From a virus (taxonomy: Duplodnaviria > Caudoviricetes): a stretch of DNA of 64,000 bases. Numbering within the stretch: the first letter of the stretch is position 1; every line of letters begins with the position of its first letter. The DNA lies in the IMG/VR virus record IMGVR_UViG_3300029305_005185, positions 1-64,000 of that record, one strand, 5' to 3'. Of this stretch, positions 19,941-29,258 are shown one piece after another. Both the position numbers and the translations under genes were made by a program. The notes beneath the pieces were generated by a model. That model was not told where the DNA came from and did not search any database. It saw only the letters and a list, made by a program, of their open reading frames with translations.

Positions 19941-20353
19941 TGAATTATATTTTAAATACTAAAACCAAAAAGGTAGAAATTTATTGGGATAATAATAATG
20001 AATATCAAGCAATTATAAATTTTTTATCTCAATGTATTTTAACAGAAGAAAAAAATCCATATATTATTAAGGCTAACGAACTATCACCAAATACTATTAC
20101 TTGGAATACAAATAATTTACCAAACAATATTACTTTTACTGGTAATGCTCTTGAAGGAGTTACTGGAGTTACTACTATACTTGATAGTACAGCAGAAACC
20201 GCTCTTAGTTCTGGTTTAGTTGATGCCACACTAGCGGATATCAATTTTACTGCTACGGCAGATGATATTGCTACAGCGTTAAAAGCAGAACCCAAAGAAT
20301 AGTATTGGCTAAATGGTAATCCCATAAATTCTATATAGTAGAAAACAGAATAA
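19940..20353 (+). CDS. hypothetical protein (ends at 20302 in code 11, at 20353 with TAG=Gln)
   Basis: TAATG coupling to the ligase gene; TAG at 20300, 20336 and 20339, then TAA. Confidence 0.6.
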
Positions 20354-20355
20354 TA

Positions 20356-20570
20356 CCTCCTTGCGTTGTTGAGGTTATAAAAACGCCGCGATGTGGACTG
20401 CGTAAATGGTCCGGTTAGTGCTAGCCAACAACCTTGAAAAAATTAGCGCCGTTGATATAACGTCAACTGTGTTCCTACGCACAGTATAATTGTTAGTAGG
20501 GGAGGAGAAGAACCTGATATGAGGGCTGAAACACATATCTTTAGCAGAAATGCGGTCATCAGCCTACAGG
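20356..20570 (+). ncRNA. candidate structured RNA with several hairpins and two possible pseudoknots (family unknown)
   Basis: GC-enriched intergenic block; many stems whose G-U pairs favour the + strand; one GAAA tetraloop. Confidence 0.5.
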
Positions 20571-20578
20571 GAATAAAT

Positions 20579-20607
20579 TTGACAAAAAGTAAAAATTGAA
20601 GTAAAAT
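20579..20607 (+). promoter_or_regulatory. sigmaA-type promoter
   Basis: TTGACA-N17-TAAAAT. Confidence 0.7.
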
Positions 20608-20626
20608 ATTTAATAAATAAAATATT

Positions 20627-20685
20627 GCTGTTTCGTAGCCCGCTTCGCGGTCTACTCCACAGCCCGTCGTGCTTCGCAACGACGG
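20627..20685. other. twin GC-rich hairpins with identical GCTTCGC/GCGAAGC apices
   Basis: GCTGT..GTAG.CCGC-TTC-GCGG.CTAC..ACAGC, then CCGTCGTGC-TTC-GCAACGACGG. Confidence 0.7.
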
Positions 20686-20696
20686 AAGGAAGGAAA

Positions 20697-20903
20697 ATGG
20701 AAAATGTAAAATATGTTATGCTTTGTTGGGATGAAGATTTGAAAAATAATTCTTTTATAATATTTCTCTCTGATACTATTAGGAGAAATAATGGAATAGT
20801 TCACTCTTTTTTAAAGAAAGAACCGGGCTATGGTGATAAATATTTTGCTCGAGCAGACTATAGAAGAAAATACCCAGAAGCAAAAATTATTGATGTGATG
20901 TAA
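20697..20903 (+). CDS. small hypothetical protein
   Basis: GGAAGG RBS, ATG20697. Confidence 0.55.
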   Translation: MENVKYVMLCWDEDLKNNSFIIFLSDTIRRNNGIVHSFLKKEPGYGDKYFARADYRRKYPEAKIIDVM

Positions 20904-20960
20904 CCGCACTAACATCCGCAGTGCTTTACATATAACTTTATTACTTGGAGGACTAAGATT

Positions 20961-21587
20961 TTGCCTGAATATATTTCTTTTGAAGAACTCGTAGAAGAGT
21001 TAGGTAAAACTAGGTTAGACCCAAAAGACTATTAGTATTATGATAGTCTATTAAATCATAGGACTATTCTTTTCAATAATGTTGTTGCTGACAAAATTGT
21101 AGAAGAAGTTATTTTGCCATTGAAACGATTTGAAGAAGATAGTGATATGGATAAGGTAACTTTAATTATTTCTACTCCCGGCGGTAGTTTAGCCGACGGT
21201 TTGATTTTAAATAATATTATTGATAATTATCGTAAGCCTTTGGAAATTATTGTTTATGGTTATAGTTGTTCCATGGGAACCTTATTTTTATGTGCCGGCA
21301 ACAAAAATCCAAATGTAACTAAAAAATGCTATCCGTTTTCTTTTTTCTTATTCCATCCTGGCCGGCTTAATTTAGATGATAATTCCGCCGCCGCTATGGA
21401 TTATATTGAATATCAAAAGAAAACTGACGCGGCGATTCGTGAATACATCATCAATGGAACCAATATAACTGCCGAAGAATATGATAAGCACGCTCGTGTT
21501 GAATGGTATCTAACTGCGAGCGAAGCAAAAGAAAAAGGCTTAATTGATGTTATTATTGGGGAAGATGATTTAAATGACGAAGAATAA
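20961..21587 (+). CDS. ClpP-like serine protease (1 TAG near the N-terminus)
   Basis: GGAGG RBS, TTG20961, TAG21033; RTILFN, ISTPGG, YSCSMG (catalytic Ser), FLFHP, EWYLTASEAKEKGLID. Confidence 0.85.
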
Positions 21588-22827
21588 ACAAACAATTTAT
21601 TTCTACGATACTAGTGCTTTACTCTCTGGTGCTTACAAAGATATGGAATATGGAATCTCTTATATTAGCAGTATTGTTCTTGACGAGTTGGAACATATTA
21701 AAACTTCCGCCGCCAAAGATAATGATGTGAAATATAAGGCTCGCAAACTTATTCGTTTCCTAATGGATAATGACGGAGAATGGGAGCATGAAATTTTCCC
21801 ACAACGTGCAATTGATAAGGTAATGAAGAAATATTCTTTCTTAACAAATAAAAATGACAGTTATCTTATTGCTGAGGCTTTACTTTTAACAAAAAAATAT
21901 CATGTTGTTTTTATTACTCAGGATGCTTGTCAATACTTAATTATCAAAGATAAATTTCCACAAATAAAACCAGAGTACTATATTTCCCAAGAAAATACCA
22001 ATGAACTATTTACTGGATGGCGACATTATGAATTAAATGATGCCGTTCTAACTTCAGTTTATAACAACCAAAATGGCAATGTTCTTGGAGCCAAAGAAAA
22101 TCAATATTGTGTTCTAAAACAAAACAACGAAATTATTGATGTTGTTGTATGGCGTAATGGCAAGTATGAAGCCTTACATGACCGTGAATTAAAGAATGCT
22201 TATATTGGTGAAAAAATTAAGGCTCGTAATATAGAACAGCGTATGGCAATTGACTTACTTCTAAATCAAGATATTAAAGTTAAGTTACTTGTCGGTGGTT
22301 GGGGAAGCGGTAAAACTCTACTTGCTTTAACTTATGCTTTTGAACAAATCGGGCGAGGTAAATACGATAAATTAGTGTTTGTTCGTAATAATATCATTAC
22401 GGCAAATACCAAAGATGTTGGTTATCTCCCTGGCGATTTACGCGATAAAACAAAAATTTGGGCAATGTGCTTAGCCGACCATATTGGCGGCGAGATGATG
22501 CTTGACCAAATGCTTGATGAAGGTATAGTTGAAGTATTCCCAATTTCTCACATTCGCGGTCGTAGTATTAATAGAAGTATTGTTCTTTGTGATGAAGGTG
22601 AGAACCTAACAAAAGAGCATGTTCAATTATTACTAAGTCGTATTGAGAATGGTAGTGAGATTATTTTCTGCGGAGATATTAAGCAAGTTGATGCTAAAAT
22701 CTTTGAAGCAAACAATGGTATAAATTGTACAATTAATGTTCTACAAGATGAATCTCTTTTCGGTATGGTAAAACTTGTTAAGTCAGAACGCGGTGAGGTT
22801 CCAAAACTAGCCGACAAATTTGACTAA
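21574..22827 (+). CDS. phoH: PIN-domain PhoH-family ATPase
   Basis: YDTSALL (PIN), ELEHIK, GGWGSGKT, GYLPGD, HIRGRS, GDIKQVD. Confidence 0.9.
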   Translation: MTKNKQTIYFYDTSALLSGAYKDMEYGISYISSIVLDELEHIKTSAAKDNDVKYKARKLIRFLMDNDGEWEHEIFPQRAIDKVMKKYSFLTNKNDSYLIAEALLLTKKYHVVFITQDACQYLIIKDKFPQIKPEYYISQENTNELFTGWRHYELNDAVLTSVYNNQNGNVLGAKENQYCVLKQNNEIIDVVVWRNGKYEALHDRELKNAYIGEKIKARNIEQRMAIDLLLNQDIKVKLLVGGWGSGKTLLALTYAFEQIGRGKYDKLVFVRNNIITANTKDVGYLPGDLRDKTKIWAMCLADHIGGEMMLDQMLDEGIVEVFPISHIRGRSINRSIVLCDEGENLTKEHVQLLLSRIENGSEIIFCGDIKQVDAKIFEANNGINCTINVLQDESLFGMVKLVKSERGEVPKLADKFD

Positions 22828-22831
22828 TATT

Positions 22832-22858
22832 GGGCGCGTAAGCGCCCTTTATTTTTTT
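22832..22858 (+). terminator. intrinsic terminator
   Basis: GGGCGC-GTAA-GCGCCC followed by a T-run. Confidence 0.85.
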
Positions 22859-22885
22859 GACAAAAATAAAATTTTGTTGTATAAT
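22857..22885 (+). promoter_or_regulatory. sigmaA-type promoter
   Basis: TTGACA-N17-TATAAT. Confidence 0.8.
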
Positions 22886-22911
22886 TTATATGTAATGAAA
22901 GGAGAATAGCT

Positions 22912-23280
22912 ATGCCTTTTAAACATGTTTATTATGAATGTACTTGTTGTGATACAATATATGAACGTGAAATTGATGCTCTAATGTGTGAAGAGCGTCA
23001 TCTTCTTGACGGAAAAGATGATAATTATTCTCGCTATGATTTACTAAGAATTTACAATCTAATTGAAAGTCGCAATGCTGAGCCTTGTGATTACTGTAAG
23101 CACGCTTATTATGTTTATGGTTGTGAGCAGGAATGTAAATATAGGAACGTTGGTATGTGTCAAATTTACGGACTTGGTAAAGGCAGTAAATTTTCTCCTA
23201 AGGCAGAAGATATTGTGAAAAAATTTGTTATTCATAAAGAAGAAAAGGAGAACTTAAATGATACCGGTATCAAATGGTAA
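22912..23280 (+). CDS. Cys/His-rich hypothetical protein (possible Zn binding)
   Basis: YECTCC...CEERH, CDYC; GGAG RBS. Confidence 0.65.
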   Translation: MPFKHVYYECTCCDTIYEREIDALMCEERHLLDGKDDNYSRYDLLRIYNLIESRNAEPCDYCKHAYYVYGCEQECKYRNVGMCQIYGLGKGSKFSPKAEDIVKKFVIHKEEKENLNDTGIKW

Positions 23281-23671
23281 TTCTATTTATTATTTTAATA
23301 ATGGTTCTTATGAACGTGTTTGGAAGGCCGAATCTCTTGCTGAAGAAATTGTTAATACAATTAATTATTACAAAAATGTCGCCTCTGAATGTCGTGAAGA
23401 AGCAAATAAAACTCATGAAGAAGTAATGGCAGAAGTGCGCGATGAAATGCGCCGGAAGGATGAAGAAATTGCTCGTATGCCTTTTCGCTTTACAGATGTA
23501 GAAAGCAAAAGGTTTGATACCTTTACCCACAAGCACTATGAAAAAGGATGCGGTAATTTTCATGAGGGATTTAGTATTTCTTTTGTGGGAACTGGTGTTG
23601 GTATGGTTTATAAAGTAAAATGTAATAATTGTGGTGAAGAAGAAGATATCACAGACCTTGAGAGTTGGTAA
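23258..23671 (+). CDS. hypothetical protein with C-terminal Zn-ribbon-like motif
   Basis: GTGVG...KCNNCGEEEDITD. Confidence 0.65.
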   Translation: MIPVSNGNSIYYFNNGSYERVWKAESLAEEIVNTINYYKNVASECREEANKTHEEVMAEVRDEMRRKDEEIARMPFRFTDVESKRFDTFTHKHYEKGCGNFHEGFSISFVGTGVGMVYKVKCNNCGEEEDITDLESW

Positions 23672-23675
23672 AAAT

Positions 23676-23704
23676 TTGACATAATAAAAATTTTATGTTA
23701 TAAT
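23676..23704 (+). promoter_or_regulatory. sigmaA-type promoter
   Basis: TTGACA-N17-TATAAT. Confidence 0.8.
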
Positions 23705-23728
23705 ATATTTATAAATGATGAAAAGAGG

Positions 23729-25609
23729 TTGATAAGTTTGGAATACGGAATAAACTCTATTGAAAGCCTAACTTTCCGAGAAGGTGTTCGTAAGCGTATT
23801 CAAATGTATCTCGGCTCGGATGATATTGAAGGAACTTATCAAGCCTTCAAAGAAATCCTAAATAACTCTACTGATGAGGCCCTTGCCGGATACGGTAAGA
23901 AAATTGAAATCACTGTTGATGAAGATGCTAATGCTATTACTGTCCGCGACTATGGACGTGGTGTTCCCTTTGGAAAGAGGGAGGATGGCGAGAATGTTTT
24001 GGTATCTATTTACACCAAAAGTCATACTGGTGGTAAGTTTAATAAAGATGCTTACAAAAATTCCTCGGGTTTGAATGGCGTAGGTGGTTCTTGTGTATGT
24101 CTTTCTTCTAAGAATTTTATTGTAAAATCCTATCGCAAAGGTTTTATGGCAACTGCTTCTTTTGAAGATGGTCTGCTTACCAATTATGAAGAGGCTACCA
24201 CTAATAAAAAAGATGGCACAGAAGTATTTTTTATTCCAGACCCAGAAGTCTTTTCTAATGGTGAGATTGGGTTTAGTTATGAACGTATTTGCGAAGATGT
24301 AAAAGATATTTCTTATCTTTATCCTGGTATTGAATTTATTATTACTGGCATTTTTGATGGCGAGGTTGTAGATAAGAAAACTTATTGTGCTAAGAATGGT
24401 ATTGTTGATTTTGTAAAAGACAATAACAATTCTCCTCTTCATAAATCTATTATCACTGCTACTGTATCTGATGAAATTGATATTGTAGAAATTGCTTTTC
24501 AATGGGGTCGCGGAAAAGAAGAAGGTTATGTTTTCGTAAATGGTTTGCGTTGTCCAGAAGGTGGTTCACCTATTACTGGCGCAAAGGCTTCTATTACTAA
24601 GACTTTTAATAACCTTGCTGATGAAAAATTTGATGGCGATAAGATTCGTGAAGGCTTGTTTTATGTAATCAATTGTAAGGTTGCTAATCCTTCTTTCGCC
24701 AATCAGACAAAGAGTAAAATCAACAATGCTAATCTTCGCACGCTGGCTTCTAATGCTTTTAATAATGCTCTGAAAGAAATGAAGGAAGAATATCCTGGTG
24801 ATTTCGACTCAATTGTAGAATTAATGAAGAAAATCGCCAAAGCAGACGCCGCCGCAGAAAAGGCTCGTGAAGCTATTCTAAATCACGAAAAAAAAGAAGC
24901 ATCTGCTCGCCGCCGTAAAGTAGCAATGCCTGATAAGTTCAAGGATTGCGAAAAGCATGGACAGGATAGCATGCTAATTATCACCGAGGGTAATAGCGCT
25001 TTGGGACGTCTTATCGCCGCCCGTAATATTGAGAATGAAGCACTTTATGCCGTTCGTGGTAAAGTGAAAAATCTATTGAAACATCCTCTTGCCGAATGTT
25101 TGGAGAATCAGGAAGTAAGCGATATTATTGTTGCTCTTGGTTGTGGTATTCAAGAAAAATATAATTCTAAGAAATTAAATTACGGTAAGGTTGCGATTGC
25201 AAGCGATGCTGATACTGACGGTAAGAACATTATGTGTCTAATTGCAACCATGTTCTTTGTTCTTATGCCGGAGTTTATCACTGAAGGTCGTTTATGTTGG
25301 TTGCAGGCTCCGTTGTATAAGTTGTCTAAGGGCAAGCAGGCAGTGTTTGCTTATAATGATAAGGAACTTCGTGAACTTGAAGAAACCCATAAGGGTTGGG
25401 AACGTACACGTTTTAAAGGTCTTGGTGAGTTGAGTGCCGAAGATGTAAAGGATTCTATGCTTCATCCTGATAATCGCCGTTTGGAAGTTCTTACTATCGA
25501 GGACTTTGAAGAGGCCGCGGAAAGTCTGAATATGCTGATGGGTACAAAAGTTGACCCGAGAAGAGAATTCTTGTTTGAGAATGTCGATTTTAGTGTTTTG
25601 AATGGATAA
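23729..25609 (+). CDS. gyrB: type IIA topoisomerase subunit B (GyrB/ParE-like)
   Basis: EILNNSTDE, DYGRGVP, GLNGVG, TEGNSA, RGKVKN, DADTDG, RFKGLGE. Confidence 0.9.
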   Translation: MISLEYGINSIESLTFREGVRKRIQMYLGSDDIEGTYQAFKEILNNSTDEALAGYGKKIEITVDEDANAITVRDYGRGVPFGKREDGENVLVSIYTKSHTGGKFNKDAYKNSSGLNGVGGSCVCLSSKNFIVKSYRKGFMATASFEDGLLTNYEEATTNKKDGTEVFFIPDPEVFSNGEIGFSYERICEDVKDISYLYPGIEFIITGIFDGEVVDKKTYCAKNGIVDFVKDNNNSPLHKSIITATVSDEIDIVEIAFQWGRGKEEGYVFVNGLRCPEGGSPITGAKASITKTFNNLADEKFDGDKIREGLFYVINCKVANPSFANQTKSKINNANLRTLASNAFNNALKEMKEEYPGDFDSIVELMKKIAKADAAAEKAREAILNHEKKEASARRRKVAMPDKFKDCEKHGQDSMLIITEGNSALGRLIAARNIENEALYAVRGKVKNLLKHPLAECLENQEVSDIIVALGCGIQEKYNSKKLNYGKVAIASDADTDGKNIMCLIATMFFVLMPEFITEGRLCWLQAPLYKLSKGKQAVFAYNDKELRELEETHKGWERTRFKGLGELSAEDVKDSMLHPDNRRLEVLTIEDFEEAAESLNMLMGTKVDPRREFLFENVDFSVLNG

Positions 25610-25772
25610 AGAAGTAATTGAGGAAATCAATGTGGAATGGGATATGGAATCATATCCCTTCCCAGTTATTATTATTAAAACTGCTCCAAAAGATGAAGAA
25701 GCAAATGGTTGGATGACTACAACGTACCGGTCATATAAATATAAAAGTAATGAACGAAGAAATATTACCTAA
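25602..25772 (+). CDS. small hypothetical protein (56 aa)
   Basis: ATG overlaps the gyrB stop; fills the intergenic gap. Confidence 0.4.
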   Translation: MDKEVIEEINVEWDMESYPFPVIIIKTAPKDEEANGWMTTTYRSYKYKSNERRNIT

Positions 25773-26001
25773 TGGTTATAAAGTAAAAAATATTCCTGGT
25801 TTTAAAAGAGTAACTCAAAAAGAATTTGCTAATTATATTGACACTTATCCTAAGTCTTATGATATAGGATTTCAAGGTGCAATGATAGATTACGCGCAAT
25901 CAAATATAATATATTTTGATTTAAAAACTCAAGAGACTTTTGCTATATTTATTCCAACCGCTTCTAAAGGTTATGATAAATATAATGAATGTTGTCTTTG
26001 A
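25750..26001 (+). CDS. hypothetical protein
   Basis: ORF between the two topoisomerase subunit genes. Confidence 0.5.
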   Translation: MNEEILPNGYKVKNIPGFKRVTQKEFANYIDTYPKSYDIGFQGAMIDYAQSNIIYFDLKTQETFAIFIPTASKGYDKYNECCL

Positions 26002-26033
26002 TATATTAAAATTTGACTTTTGAAAGGATTATT

Positions 26034-26414
26034 ATGGAAAAACAATATAAATTTTCTACTTTGGAAGAATTAGAAAAAAATTATAAAGTTGGTTCCGTTT
26101 TTTCCCAAAGAATTGAACATCATATTAATACAAATGTTTATTATAGCCAAAACGATTTAAGAGTTTATAGAAAATATAATGATAAAGTTGAAGTCGTAGA
26201 TGAATTTACTTGTTTGTGCTATAAAACAGTTATTAAAAAAATTATTGTAGATGGCTATCTTTATGATGGTACTTATTGGTATCCGGCTAAGGTTGGTCAT
26301 GATGGCTGGTATCAACTTGATGAATTTGACCTATTTGATAAAGAAGAGATAACTTTTGATACTACTGATGGTCTTGCCGACAAACAAAAAATTGACAAAA
26401 TCAAAATTTTATAA
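26034..26414 (+). CDS. hypothetical protein
   Basis: AAGGA RBS before ATG26034. Confidence 0.6.
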   Translation: MEKQYKFSTLEELEKNYKVGSVFSQRIEHHINTNVYYSQNDLRVYRKYNDKVEVVDEFTCLCYKTVIKKIIVDGYLYDGTYWYPAKVGHDGWYQLDEFDLFDKEEITFDTTDGLADKQKIDKIKIL

Positions 26415-26420
26415 TATAAT
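26392..26420 (+). promoter_or_regulatory. sigmaA-type promoter
   Basis: TTGACA-N17-TATAAT. Confidence 0.8.
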
Positions 26421-26450
26421 ATAAATAATAAAAAGAAAGGAGTAAGCATA

Positions 26451-28439
26451 GTGATATACGAAACAGATTTTAAAAGTACAATTGAATCGGCATTCCTTGA
26501 ATATGGTGCTTCTGTCGCACAGGAACGATCTATTCCAGACGTTCGTGATGGACTAAAAATTGGTTTGCGACAGGGCTTGTATTCCCAGTATCACGATAAA
26601 CTTACTCATAAACATAAATTTCAGAAGGCTCAGAAGTCAGTTGCCGCGGCAATGTCGTTATGTTATGTACACGGTGATGCCGCGATGTACGATGCTTTTA
26701 TTCGTTCAGCAAAACCCTGGGCATACCGTTATCCTTTGGAAGAAGCACAAGGTTCCTATGGTTCTCCATGTTCTCCGGATGATCATTCTGCTCAGCGATA
26801 CGTTGAAATGCGAAGTGGAGAGTTGGCTGATTACTTCTTTGATGGTTTAAAGAAAAATGCTATTGCTGAATGGTATGATAACTATGATGATACAGAAAAG
26901 ATTCCTTCTGTATTTCCTTCCATTGGATTTTGGAATCTTGTAAATGGTTGTAGTGGTATTGCAGTAGCGATGGCTACCTCTGTGCCGCAGTTCAATTTGC
27001 GAGAAGTAAATAGCGCGCTTGTAAAATTGATTGAAAATCCTAATTGCGATTTCAGTGAGATTTATTGCGCTCCGGATTTTGCAACTGGTGGTACAATTAC
27101 GAATGCCGCGGAAGTTCGTAAAAGTCTTGAAAATGGTAAGGGTTCTTCTATTCGTTTGCGTGCCAATTTAGAGTACGATGCGAAGCAGAATATGATTAAG
27201 GCAACAGAACTTCCATATAGTGTATATACTAACACTATTATGGAACAGTTGGAAAAACTTACGAATGAAGATGAAAATTATGGTATTGACCGAGTAGTAG
27301 ATCATACGAAAGAATACGCCGACATTCGTATCTATCTTTCCAAAACCGCAAATCCTTCTGTAATGATGAAGAAACTTTACAAGGATACTTCTCTTGAAAA
27401 CTGGTTTAGTATCAACATGATTATGCTTGACCATGGTCGCTTTCCTCGTGTATTTGGTTGGAAAGATGCTTGTCAGGCTTATATTGAACACATTCGTGAA
27501 TGTAAGACCAGAGAACTTCAATATGAATACGATAGTCTAATGTATAGGAATCATATTCTTGAAGGCTTACTTATCGCCATCGCACACATTGACGATGTTA
27601 TTGCATTAATTAGAAATAGTGAAAGTGCGAATGATGCTAAGTATAAATTGATGAATACCTATAAATTAGATGAGGACCAAGCTAAAGCAATTTTGGATAT
27701 TAAACTTCAGCGATTGGCAAAATTAGAAGCGGTCAAAATTAATGACGAACTGGAAAAAAATAGCGTAGAAATTGACCGACTTCACCACATATTAAACACA
27801 CCCCTAGAACTAAATAAGATTCTTATCCAGTGTCTAAATGAAGTCGCAGCAAAGTTCGGTGACAATCGCCGTACGAAAGTTGCTAATATCATTGAGGCGG
27901 AAGAAGAGGAAGTAGAAGAGTATCCTGTTATGGTACGAGTAGTTGATGGAAATATTTCTATCACTAAAAAGCGTCTAAGTGGCAAAATTATGGATACTAC
28001 AAATCTTGGAACTATTATTGGTTTTTCCAATGATGGTAAGATGTATAAAGGTAAAGTAAGTGATATTACCGAAAAACCTTTAAAACTTTCTCAATTCTTT
28101 AAAGTTTCAAACATCATTGATGTAAGGTGTGTGGAAGAATTAAATAAGTATTCGTTTATTTACTTTGGAACTCAGGGTGGTTATATCAAAAAGTCCAATG
28201 TAAAAGATTATAATTTTGGTGGTCGTAATGGCACCAAGTGTCTAAAACTGCGGGCGGATGATAAGGTAGTAAATGTGCTTCTTTCTAATGATGAAGGTAA
28301 TCTTTGTTATTGGGTTGATTTAAACAAACCTTTTATCAAAGTCGTAAAACCTATTAAGCCTACTGGTATTGCCACTATGGGAACTCAAGTAGAAAAAGAA
28401 CGGAAAATCCTAACAATAGGAGAAGAAATTACAGTATGA
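26451..28439 (+). CDS. gyrA: type IIA topoisomerase subunit A (GyrA/ParC-like, short CTD)
   Basis: RSIPDVRDGLK, HGD, SAQRYVE (catalytic Tyr), NGCSGIAVAMAT, PDFATGG; no GyrA-box seen. Confidence 0.9.
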   Translation: MIYETDFKSTIESAFLEYGASVAQERSIPDVRDGLKIGLRQGLYSQYHDKLTHKHKFQKAQKSVAAAMSLCYVHGDAAMYDAFIRSAKPWAYRYPLEEAQGSYGSPCSPDDHSAQRYVEMRSGELADYFFDGLKKNAIAEWYDNYDDTEKIPSVFPSIGFWNLVNGCSGIAVAMATSVPQFNLREVNSALVKLIENPNCDFSEIYCAPDFATGGTITNAAEVRKSLENGKGSSIRLRANLEYDAKQNMIKATELPYSVYTNTIMEQLEKLTNEDENYGIDRVVDHTKEYADIRIYLSKTANPSVMMKKLYKDTSLENWFSINMIMLDHGRFPRVFGWKDACQAYIEHIRECKTRELQYEYDSLMYRNHILEGLLIAIAHIDDVIALIRNSESANDAKYKLMNTYKLDEDQAKAILDIKLQRLAKLEAVKINDELEKNSVEIDRLHHILNTPLELNKILIQCLNEVAAKFGDNRRTKVANIIEAEEEEVEEYPVMVRVVDGNISITKKRLSGKIMDTTNLGTIIGFSNDGKMYKGKVSDITEKPLKLSQFFKVSNIIDVRCVEELNKYSFIYFGTQGGYIKKSNVKDYNFGGRNGTKCLKLRADDKVVNVLLSNDEGNLCYWVDLNKPFIKVVKPIKPTGIATMGTQVEKERKILTIGEEITV

Positions 28440-28831
28440 TTAGTGAACAGTATCGTGAACTATTTGCCTTGGTAGCCCGCAATGGTGCTATCAATGGCGA
28501 AAAAGCAATGGATGTATTGAAGAAAAATGACGCCGATGCTGATATTAAGGCGACGGCGGAAATGACTGATAAGTTCCGTGCTCTTGAAGATAAGATTCGT
28601 AATGGCGAAGAACTTAGTGGTCTTGATTATGTTTATCTTTACGCTGGCGCTACCATTAGCCGTGAAATCCTTGCTAAAAATATCAATACTTGGGCAGCAA
28701 TTGTCAATGAGTATGATACGAATCTAATCCCTAAACTGTTTGAAATCGCCAAAGAAACTGATGCTGAAAAGCAGGCGAAACTTGTTGAGGAAAATTTCTC
28801 GCAAGAAAAAGTTGACAGTAACGAAAATTAA
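28436..28831 (+). CDS. hypothetical protein
   Basis: ATGA coupling to gyrA. Confidence 0.7.
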   Translation: MISEQYRELFALVARNGAINGEKAMDVLKKNDADADIKATAEMTDKFRALEDKIRNGEELSGLDYVYLYAGATISREILAKNINTWAAIVNEYDTNLIPKLFEIAKETDAEKQAKLVEENFSQEKVDSNEN

Positions 28832-28840
28832 TGTTATAAT
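28812..28840 (+). promoter_or_regulatory. sigmaA-type promoter
   Basis: TTGACA-N17-TATAAT. Confidence 0.8.
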
Positions 28841-28873
28841 ATAACAAAGAAATATCCATTGGAGAATATTATT

Positions 28874-29230
28874 ATGACAGAGAACTCTCAAAAGGTATTA
28901 GATTATTTACAGAAACATCCAGAAAAAGAATTTACAAAGCATGAACTTGTAGAAAAGTTGGATATTTCTATGGCAGCCGTTACTGGTTCAGTAAATGGTT
29001 TGCTACGAAAAGGCTTAGCAGAAGAGCGTTTGGAAGTATTCAAACCTCTAAATGCTGGCGGAAAACCCACTGAAATTCGTTGGGTAAAAATTAATGAAGC
29101 TGGGCTGAAATTTGACCCAGTAGAAGAAGAGCGTAAAATCGCTCGGGAAAAGGCGGAAGCAACCGCTTTAAGAAAACAAGCACGAGCCCAAGCCAAGTTG
29201 GAACGTGCCAAACGAAATGCAGTTTTATAA
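28874..29230 (+). CDS. winged-helix (MarR-like) DNA-binding protein
   Basis: KVLDYLQ...TKHELVEKLDISMAAVTGSVNGLLRKGL...INEAG. Confidence 0.7.
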   Translation: MTENSQKVLDYLQKHPEKEFTKHELVEKLDISMAAVTGSVNGLLRKGLAEERLEVFKPLNAGGKPTEIRWVKINEAGLKFDPVEEERKIAREKAEATALRKQARAQAKLERAKRNAVL

Positions 29231-29258
29231 TGATTAAAAAAGGAGAATGAATTAAATT

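Noticed and set aside
20510-20570. Hammerhead ribozyme (CTGATGA on the minus strand) or tmRNA
   Set aside because: No GAAA core follows stem II, the G-U pairs favour the + strand, and there are no tRNA-like ends, T-loop or clear tag ORF.
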